DNA of 63,073 nt from Candidatus Brocadiia bacterium. Lineage in GTDB: Bacteria > Planctomycetota > Brocadiia > CAIUPP01. Positions 55,948 through 63,073 of this stretch are shown here, in pieces; the first letter of the stretch is position 1, and the number at the start of each line of letters is the position of its first letter. Made by a program: the position numbers and the translations under genes. The notes below the pieces were generated by a model that made no database searches, was not told the origin of the DNA, and worked only from the letters and a program-made list of their open reading frames with translations. The stretch is from NCBI GenBank assembly GCA_050015075.1, contig JBEKCB010000031.1, positions 1 through 63,073 on the forward strand. The letters are read 5' to 3'.

Positions 55948-56414
55948 GCCAACCCGCCGACGGCAAGCTGAACCGGCGCGATTTCGTCAAGCTGACCTTC
56001 GGCTGGGGCGCCGCGCTGTTTGCGACGGGGGCCTCGGCCGCCGCGGGGGCGCGGTTCCTGGTCCCGAACGTGCTGTACGAGCCGGACCAGCGCTACAAGG
56101 CGCTCAAGCCGGACGATTATCCCGAGGGCATAACGTTCCTCCCCGAAATCCGCACATTCCTGATCCGCAACGGCGACCAATTGCGCGCGATATCGGCGGT
56201 GTGCACGCATCTCGGATGCACCGTCAATCCCAGCGCCGACGGCAAAGGCTTCCATTGCCCGTGCCACGGCAGTCAGTTCGACGAAAACGGCGCCGTCATC
56301 AGCGGCCCGGCACCGAAACCACTGCCCTGCCCTGCCGTGTCTCTGAGCCGCGACGGCCGGCTGGTGATTGACGCCTCGCAGCAGGTGCCCCCAACCCAGG
56401 CGCTGGTGGTCTGA
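55944..56414 (+). CDS. Rieske iron-sulfur subunit
   Basis: Tat-like [25 protein letters not shown]; ATGA overlap. Confidence 0.93.
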   Translation: MSQPADGKLNRRDFVKLTFGWGAALFATGASAAAGARFLVPNVLYEPDQRYKALKPDDYPEGITFLPEIRTFLIRNGDQLRAISAVCTHLGCTVNPSADGKGFHCPCHGSQFDENGAVISGPAPKPLPCPAVSLSRDGRLVIDASQQVPPTQALVV

Positions 56415-56415
56415 T

Positions 56416-57693
56416 ATGCCTAAACGACTTTGGAATCTCTTCTGCTCTTCGCGGATCGGCCGCTCGATCTTCCGCGTGGGACTGCCGGCGAGCAATCTGG
56501 ACCGGATGCGGGCGGCGGTGTCGAGTTTCGTGCTCCACATCCACCCGGCGAAAGTCCACGCGCGGACGTTGAAGTTCGGCACGACGCTCGGCCTGGGCCT
56601 GATTTCGCTCTACCTGTTCATCATCCTGGCGGTGACCGGCGCGCTGCTGATGTTCTACTACGTCCCGGCGACCGACCAGGCGTATCAGTCCATGAAGGAC
56701 CTCGAATTCGTCGTCACGGCCGGGCAGGTGGTGCGCAACATCCACTCCTGGGCGGCGCACCTGATGGTCGTCTTCGTCGGGCTGCACATGTGCCGGGTGT
56801 TCTACACGGCCGCGTACAAGCCGCCGCGCGAGTTCAACTGGGTGGTCGGCCTGGCGCTGTTTCTGCTGACGCTGGGGCTGTCCTTCACCGGCTACCTGTT
56901 GCCGTGGGACCAGTTGGCGTACTGGGCGATCACCGTCGGCACCAGCATCGCCGGGTACGCGCCGCTGGTGGGCGAAAAAATGAAGTTCATCCTGCTCGGC
57001 GGCCACACCGTCGGGCAGGCCGCGCTGATCCGGTTCTACGTGCTGCACGTGGTCGCGCTGCCGGCCGCGATGGCCCTGTTGATCGCGATTCACCTGTGGC
57101 GGGTGCGGACGGACGGCGGCCTGGCGCGGCCCGAAGAGCCGGAGCCGGCGCCGGAGCAGATGCCCGCGACGGCGCTGCCGCAAACCAAGACTTACGGCTT
57201 AATGGAACTGGCGCGCGGGACGACGCCGAAAGTCGGCGTGCCGCTCGACGACCTCGTCTTCACCTGGCCGCACCTGCTGTTCCGCGAGATACTCCTCTTT
57301 CTGTTCGTCTTCGCCCTGGTGCTGGTGCCGGCGATTCTCTGGAACGCGCCGCTGGAAGAGATTGCCAACGCGGTGTACCCGCCGAACCCCGCCAAGGCGC
57401 CCTGGTATTTTCTGGGCCTGCAGGAGCTGGTGTCGCACTCGGCCTTCTGGGGCGGCGTCGTGGTTCCGGGGCTGATCGTCACGGCCCTGGTGGTGCTGCC
57501 GTACCTCGATCGCAAGCCCAGGGGCGTCGGCGTGTGGTTCTCGGGAGAGCGGAAGGTGGCGATCGCGATTTTCACCGTGTGCCTGGCGACGATGCTGACG
57601 CTGACGGCGATCGGATGCTGGTTCCGCGGACCGAACTGGGCGTTGCAGGCGCCGTGGAAGCCCCACGTCGTGACGGAGGAGCGCCGGCCTTGA
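56416..57693 (+). CDS. Cytochrome b (b6-like plus subunit IV in one chain)
   Basis: [42 protein letters not shown]. Confidence 0.92.
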   Translation: MPKRLWNLFCSSRIGRSIFRVGLPASNLDRMRAAVSSFVLHIHPAKVHARTLKFGTTLGLGLISLYLFIILAVTGALLMFYYVPATDQAYQSMKDLEFVVTAGQVVRNIHSWAAHLMVVFVGLHMCRVFYTAAYKPPREFNWVVGLALFLLTLGLSFTGYLLPWDQLAYWAITVGTSIAGYAPLVGEKMKFILLGGHTVGQAALIRFYVLHVVALPAAMALLIAIHLWRVRTDGGLARPEEPEPAPEQMPATALPQTKTYGLMELARGTTPKVGVPLDDLVFTWPHLLFREILLFLFVFALVLVPAILWNAPLEEIANAVYPPNPAKAPWYFLGLQELVSHSAFWGGVVVPGLIVTALVVLPYLDRKPRGVGVWFSGERKVAIAIFTVCLATMLTLTAIGCWFRGPNWALQAPWKPHVVTEERRP

Positions 57694-59090
57694 TCGAACC
57701 TTCTCCGCGAAGTTTATATCCATGGTTCACGGCGCTGGGGCTGCTGGTCGGCGCCCTGGTCATTGTGGCGTTTTACAAGGACCAGTTTCGGGAATGGAAA
57801 GAATGGCAGCACGCGTACGTCCAACAGGAACGGGCCCGCGCGACGACGCCGGCTCAGAAGGCCGCGGCGGCGCGCATCCCGGTGGAGATCCGGCAGACTC
57901 TTCTGCCGGGACTCAACCGCGTGGATCGTTGCGAGACCTGCCACCTGGTGGTGGATGACGCCAGCTACGCCGGTTTGCCGCAGCCGCTGGCGTACCATCT
58001 CAACCACGACCGGCATCCCTTCGAAAAGTTCGGTTGCACCATCTGCCACCAGGGCCAGGGCCGCGCCACGACCCGCGAGGCGGCTCACGGCCAGGTCGCG
58101 CACTGGGACCGCCCGATGCTGCCGATGAAGTACATCGAGTCGGCCTGCGCCAAATGCCATCTGCCCAGCGACGTGCCCGGCGCGCCGCAGTTGGCGCGCG
58201 GCCAAGGCCTGTTTAACGAGCTCGGCTGCATCGGCTGCCACAAACTTCATGGCGTCGGCGGCGCGATCGGTCCGGATCTGGATACGGTCGGAGACACCCG
58301 CAGTCCCGAGTGGCTCGCCAAACATTTCAAGGCCCCCGCCGCCGTCACGGCCGGGTCAGCGATGCCGCCGGTCACCGTCAGCGATGACGACCTGGAAGCG
58401 CTGACCCTGTACATGCTCAGCCTGACCGGCGAGCCGATGAGCGACTATTACGTCTCGATGAAGACCCTTCCCGGCCTCGAGGCCGGCCGCCGGTTGTTCG
58501 CCGAGAAAGGCTGCATCGGCTGCCACAGCATCGGCGGCAAGGGAGGAACGGTCGGCCCGCCGCTCGACGAAGTCGGCAAGCGCCACGATGCGGAGTGGAT
58601 CATCGCCCATTTTCGCAACCCGCAGGCCGTGACGCCGGGCAGCGTCATGCCGCGGTTCAGCTTCACCGAACAGGAGATCCGGTCGCTGACCGACTTCCTG
58701 CTCACGAATACCGCATCGAGCATGATCGGCTCCCTGAAGATTCCCGCGCTGATGACGCCGGTCGAACGCGGCCGGGAAGTGTTCGTGAAATACGGTTGCA
58801 CCGGCTGCCACGGTCAAGACGCCAACACCGGCATCCGCAATCCCAACGCCAAGACCGCCCAGCAAGTGCCTGGCCTGAAGTTCGTCGCCGAAGGGTACAC
58901 GAAGGACGAATTGAGGAAGCGCATCCTCGGCGGCCAGAAGGAAATCCCGAGGTTGGATCCGAAAGGCCCGCAACCGCCGCTGTACATGCCGGCGTGGCGC
59001 AGCCGGATCGCCGAAGGCGAGTTGAACGACTTAGTCGAGTACCTGATGGGCCTCGTCCCGAAGAGCGAACAGGAAAAAGAGGCTTTTTGA
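57690..59090 (+). CDS. Membrane-anchored hexaheme cytochrome c
   Basis: N-terminal TM; CETCH, CTICH, CAKCH, CIGCH, CIGCH, CTGCH; TTGA overlap and GGAGGAG RBS. Confidence 0.88.
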   Translation: MIEPSPRSLYPWFTALGLLVGALVIVAFYKDQFREWKEWQHAYVQQERARATTPAQKAAAARIPVEIRQTLLPGLNRVDRCETCHLVVDDASYAGLPQPLAYHLNHDRHPFEKFGCTICHQGQGRATTREAAHGQVAHWDRPMLPMKYIESACAKCHLPSDVPGAPQLARGQGLFNELGCIGCHKLHGVGGAIGPDLDTVGDTRSPEWLAKHFKAPAAVTAGSAMPPVTVSDDDLEALTLYMLSLTGEPMSDYYVSMKTLPGLEAGRRLFAEKGCIGCHSIGGKGGTVGPPLDEVGKRHDAEWIIAHFRNPQAVTPGSVMPRFSFTEQEIRSLTDFLLTNTASSMIGSLKIPALMTPVERGREVFVKYGCTGCHGQDANTGIRNPNAKTAQQVPGLKFVAEGYTKDELRKRILGGQKEIPRLDPKGPQPPLYMPAWRSRIAEGELNDLVEYLMGLVPKSEQEKEAF

Positions 59091-59227
59091 GGGCGGCGCG
59101 GTCCGGGGCGGGCTTGCCGGGTTCAAGGGGCCCGCCGCTTTGAGAGTTGTTGCGTCATCATCGTGGCGCCGCCGGCGGCAACCCCGGTTCTCTATATCCC
59201 ATTTGTCCCGTTCAGTTCCCATCCCTG

Positions 59228-62200
59228 TCACTGAGTATCCGGCGATGGAACATGCGGCGCGCCGTCGAACTCCGGCAACTCGGGGAAAATAGATTTGGCA
59301 ATGGAACGCACGCGCTCGATTTTCTCCGGCGGACCTTCGATCTGGGCGCGTTGGAGGGCATGGCGGCAGAGGAACAAGGCCTTGTCCTTGTCCGCCTCGA
59401 ACTTTGCCAGCGACGCCATAATGAGAGGATTGCCGGGATCAACCTCCCAGGCGTCCTCTACGGAAGCAGCCGTGTTCTCCTTCAGGCGTTGTTCCACAAA
59501 TTCCGGCGCCGTGACGGAAGAACGCGGAGAAATAGCGCGCGTGGCGGCATCGGCGACATACCACCGTCCAAAGCGGGAAAGATCGTCGGCGCCGGCGAGA
59601 TCTTGCAGGGCTTGACGCACGGACTTGGGGTCGCGCTGGGCCGGTTCCAGCGCTCCTTGGGGCGTGAGTTCGAGGCCGGACACCGCCTCGGCCAAATCCG
59701 CCAGCCACGACGGCGCTTCCGCAGCGACCGTCAGCGCGTCCCAAAGACACGCATTTTGGCCGACCACATAATTGGTGAATATCCATCTTGCATCGGAACT
59801 GGAAGCGGCCGTCATGACCGGACGCAGCACGCGCTCTCTCCCGAAAACCGCGGGTTGGCTGACGGCTTTTCCCGTCTGCGCGTCCCAAATCTGCGCGATG
59901 CCATCGCGTGCCACGGTGGTGATCCATCGGCCGTCTCCGCTGAAGGCGGCGAAGGCGACCATGTTATCGTGCCGCATCGGTTCGGTGAGCGGCTGGCCGG
60001 TGCGAATATCCCAAACCTGGACCGTTGCGCCGGCGATGGTCATCAGTCCCTTTCCGTCGCGAGTGAACTCCGCCGAATGAATGAGGTCTCCGCTTCGGAT
60101 CGGACCGCCCAGCGGCTGCCCGGAGCGGGCATCCCAAATTCGGGCGACCTGGAAGTCCGACACCGCCACAACCCATTGCCCGTCCGGACTGAACTTCGCC
60201 TCAAGCGGATAGTCGGGATAATCGGAGAGATGCATTTCCTTCACGGCAAGTTGAGCCGTCTGGACGTCCCAGATACGGATGAATCCATCGCCGCTCGCGG
60301 TCACAACCTGTTTGCCGTCGGGACTGAACTCGGCGCAGTTGACCCAGAGGCGACATCGCATGGGCGGGCCGGCGGGATCGCCGGTCGCCGCATTCCAGAC
60401 CTGGGCCGTGCTATCCCGCGAAGCGGTCAGCACGCGGCTTCCATCCGAGCTGAAACCCGCGGAGGTGATCGAATCTCCATGCCGCAGCGGTTTGCCGATC
60501 GGCTGACCCGTCTGCGCCTCCCAGACCTGCGCTGTATGATCGAACGATGTGCTCAGCACACGGCCGCCGTCGGGACTGAAGACCGCGGATTCGACCGGGC
60601 CTGTGAGCGCGGTGGAATGCGCCACCAGCTTCCCGGTCCGGGTCTCCCAGATCCTGACCGTGTTATCCGACCATCCGGTCGCAATCCGTTGGCCGTCGGG
60701 GCTGAAGCTCGCAAATAGGACCGCCCGGTCGTATCGGAGCGCTTCGCCGCCGAAACGGCGCGTTTGAACGGACCAGAGGCGCGCCGTATTATCGGCCGAG
60801 GCCGTCACGATCCACTTTCCGTCCGGGCTGAAGTGCGCGGAATTCACCCGGTCGGCATGCTGCATCGCGAAACCCACCGGTTCGCCGCTGCGCGCGTCCC
60901 ACAGGCAGGCGGTCTTGTCGTCCGAGGCGGTCAAAAGGCAGCTCCCGTCAGGGCTGAACTCCGCCGAATTGATCATGCCTTCATGCCTCATGGGCTGGCC
61001 GACAGGGTTGCCCGTTTTCACGTCCCAGACCTGCGCCTCCACTTTCGCCGACAAGGCGCCTCTCTCGTACTGCCCTCCGAATACGGTCACGAACTCCTTG
61101 CCGGTGGGGCTGAATTCGGCGAAATGGATCAAGTCCACGTACGAGATGGCGGTGCCGATGGCCAGCCCGGTATCCACATCCCAAACCTGGACAATATCGT
61201 TGTCACCGCCGAATACGATCAGCAAGCGCTTTCCGTCCGCGCTGAATTGCGTTTGATGGGCCCGGTCGGCTAATTCGATCGGCGTTCCGACGGCTTGGCC
61301 GGTATCCGTCTCCCACACCTGCGCCTTGTTGTCGTGCAGGAGCACGAGCCGCTTGCCGTCCGGGCTGAAACCGCCTGAGAAGAAACGCAGGTCTTTGGCC
61401 GGCGCGCCGGCCGGGATGGGCGGGCCGACCGGCTTGCCTGTGCTCACGTCCCAAACCTGCGCGCCCGCCGGCGAAATCGTCAGAGCCCGGCGGCCATCGG
61501 GGCTGAGGTGTTCCAGAGGCGGGCTGCCGCCTGCGTTCCGGGCCGGCTGGCCGGTCTGCGGATCCCAGAGATGGTATGTCGAGAGCTGACCGGCCGGCGC
61601 CTGAACTGTCATCAGCCACTTGTCATCGGGAGTGAAGGCCACATGGCTGATGGTCGCTCCGGCGCCGATGGGCGCGCCGATGGGTTCGCCGGTTCGGCTG
61701 TCCCATAGCTGCAGAATATTGGTTGAAGCGGTTACGACGCGCCGGCTGTCGGCGCTGAATCTCGCGGAGACGACGGGAGCGTCGTGATGCAACTCGATCG
61801 GCAGGAGCGGATCGGCGCGCAAAATCGAAACGGCCAGGGCCGTGGCCGCTTCATTCCGCGGGTTCTGCCGCAGCGCGCCGGCAAGCCAGGGCAGCGCACC
61901 GCCCGCGTTGCCTTGCCTCATCTTGAGATCGGCGACCGAAAAATCGGACGCGCTGGCGGATTCGTGCGCCGCGATCTCCTTTTGCTGGACCAATTCACGC
62001 TGATGTTCTGCCTCAATCCGCTTTTCTTCCGTCCTTGCCTGTTCGGCCTTGATCCGGTGGACGTAGAAGACGGTGCCCGCAACGGCCAGTATCAGAAAGC
62101 ACGCCACCAGGTTGGAGACCGTTCGATTCCGCCGGTACGCCAGTCGCACGCGCCGCATCGCCGACGGCCGCTTGTGCTCGATCGGCTCGTCCGCCAGGAA

Positions 62201-63073
62201 GTGCCGCACGTCGCGCTCCACCTCCGCCACCGTGTGGTACCGGTCCGACAGCTCCGGCTCCAGTCCGCCCAGCAGGATCGTCTCCACTTCCCACGGCAGT
62301 CCTTTGACCTGCTTCCTCGGCGATTCCGGCATCCGTCCCGCCAGCTTCTGCGTACGCACCGTCTCCGCGCTCTCACGGTCGTGATGGTACAGCCTCGTCC
62401 CCGTGCACAATTCGTAAAACGTGGCGCACAGGGAGTAGATGTCCGTCCCAGGCCCCACTTCCGCCTCCGCGTCCGCCGCCCGGATCTGCTCCGGCGACAT
62501 GTACGCCGGCGTCCCGAACATCTTCCCCGTCGTCGTCTGGATCGTCCGCTCCTCCGACTGCGTCCGCGCGATCCCGAAGTCCATCAGCTTGATCGCTCCC
62601 TCGCTCGTCACCATCAGGTTCCCCGGCTTGATGTCCCGGTGGATCAGCCCCGTGCCGTGCACCGCCGAGAGCGCGTTGGCGGCCTGCATGAACCACCCCA
62701 TCTGCTGCTCCAGCGCCACCGGTTGCTCCAGCCGCTTCTGATAGAGGCTCTCGAGCGTCTCGCCCTCGATCCATTCCAGTGCGATGAACGTCTTGACCGG
62801 CGCGCTCTTGCTGAACTGCTCGAACCAGGATTCCCCGCTGAGGCTGAAGCTCCTCGGCGCCCGCCAGGTCTCCTCGCCGTAGGCGTAGACCCCGACGATA
62901 TGGGGATGGCTGAACCGCGACAGGTAGGCCGCCTCCTGCTGGAAGCGCAGCTTGATGTCCTCCGGCGTGCCGTCGTGGAGGATTTTGACCGCCACCTGCC
63001 GCCCCGTGCTCAACTGCCGCCCGACGTGCACGGTTGCGAATCCCCCTTCGCCGGCCGGCCGGCCGACGAGGAA
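59228..63073 (-). CDS. Ser/Thr protein kinase with TM helix and WD40 repeats, 5'-truncated by the window edge
   Basis: GEGGFATV, VAVK, HRDIKPGN, DFG, GTPAYMSPE; many H..V.SA.FSPDG..VTAS.D.TA.WD repeats. Confidence 0.92.
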   Translation of the reverse strand, partial: FLVGRPAGEGGFATVHVGRQLSTGRQVAVKILHDGTPEDIKLRFQQEAAYLSRFSHPHIVGVYAYGEETWRAPRSFSLSGESWFEQFSKSAPVKTFIALEWIEGETLESLYQKRLEQPVALEQQMGWFMQAANALSAVHGTGLIHRDIKPGNLMVTSEGAIKLMDFGIARTQSEERTIQTTTGKMFGTPAYMSPEQIRAADAEAEVGPGTDIYSLCATFYELCTGTRLYHHDRESAETVRTQKLAGRMPESPRKQVKGLPWEVETILLGGLEPELSDRYHTVAEVERDVRHFLADEPIEHKRPSAMRRVRLAYRRNRTVSNLVACFLILAVAGTVFYVHRIKAEQARTEEKRIEAEHQRELVQQKEIAAHESASASDFSVADLKMRQGNAGGALPWLAGALRQNPRNEAATALAVSILRADPLLPIELHHDAPVVSARFSADSRRVVTASTNILQLWDSRTGEPIGAPIGAGATISHVAFTPDDKWLMTVQAPAGQLSTYHLWDPQTGQPARNAGGSPPLEHLSPDGRRALTISPAGAQVWDVSTGKPVGPPIPAGAPAKDLRFFSGGFSPDGKRLVLLHDNKAQVWETDTGQAVGTPIELADRAHQTQFSADGKRLLIVFGGDNDIVQVWDVDTGLAIGTAISYVDLIHFAEFSPTGKEFVTVFGGQYERGALSAKVEAQVWDVKTGNPVGQPMRHEGMINSAEFSPDGSCLLTASDDKTACLWDARSGEPVGFAMQHADRVNSAHFSPDGKWIVTASADNTARLWSVQTRRFGGEALRYDRAVLFASFSPDGQRIATGWSDNTVRIWETRTGKLVAHSTALTGPVESAVFSPDGGRVLSTSFDHTAQVWEAQTGQPIGKPLRHGDSITSAGFSSDGSRVLTASRDSTAQVWNAATGDPAGPPMRCRLWVNCAEFSPDGKQVVTASGDGFIRIWDVQTAQLAVKEMHLSDYPDYPLEAKFSPDGQWVVAVSDFQVARIWDARSGQPLGGPIRSGDLIHSAEFTRDGKGLMTIAGATVQVWDIRTGQPLTEPMRHDNMVAFAAFSGDGRWITTVARDGIAQIWDAQTGKAVSQPAVFGRERVLRPVMTAASSSDARWIFTNYVVGQNACLWDALTVAAEAPSWLADLAEAVSGLELTPQGALEPAQRDPKSVRQALQDLAGADDLSRFGRWYVADAATRAISPRSSVTAPEFVEQRLKENTAASVEDAWEVDPGNPLIMASLAKFEADKDKALFLCRHALQRAQIEGPPEKIERVRSIAKSIFPELPEFDGAPHVPSPDTQ

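Noticed and set aside
56430-57689. 886 aa ORF suggesting a longer multiheme protein
   Set aside because: The N-terminal half overlaps cytochrome b out of frame; RBS and TTG at 57690 mark the real start

Overview
A 63 kb high-GC bacterial chromosomal segment, densely coding, with no rRNA, tRNA, CRISPR array or intact transposase visible. The gene content (DUF3568/DUF3332 lipoproteins, Ser/Thr kinase-WD40, c-type cytochromes, porins) suggests a diderm, probably anaerobic or microaerobic organism; taxonomy is not determinable from the sequence alone. Main blocks in order: truncated pilT and small envelope genes; a NosP(FIST)/hybrid histidine kinase pair with a divergent receiver; an HTH-PTS-EIIA regulator heading a six-gene hydrogenase-4-like complex whose large subunit lacks the NiFe cysteines (Ehr type); a creatininase/methyltransferase/ATP-grasp/O-methyltransferase run; an AT-rich islet with an RxxxxH protein flanked by nested repeats; a perfect parS site; MATE, dinB and a mosaic protein with a long structured leader; OprB; an Rrf2-ABC ATPase-GTPase-cysteine desulfurase-FeS protein operon with no scaffold gene; a pterin operon (folE, phhB, folM-like, folB, folK) continuing into zwf and glucoamylase; hemerythrin, an exported superoxide-reductase-like lipoprotein and cytochrome c; a Phd-VapC TA pair; a GHMP kinase-nucleotidyltransferase fusion; and a seven-gene cytochrome c/porin/flavo-FeS oxidoreductase/Rieske/cytochrome b/hexaheme operon. 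The strongest candidates for undescribed systems are that electron-conduit operon, the scaffold-less sulfur/Fe-S operon, and three candidate structured RNA leaders. All calls come from reading motifs by eye; no searches were run.
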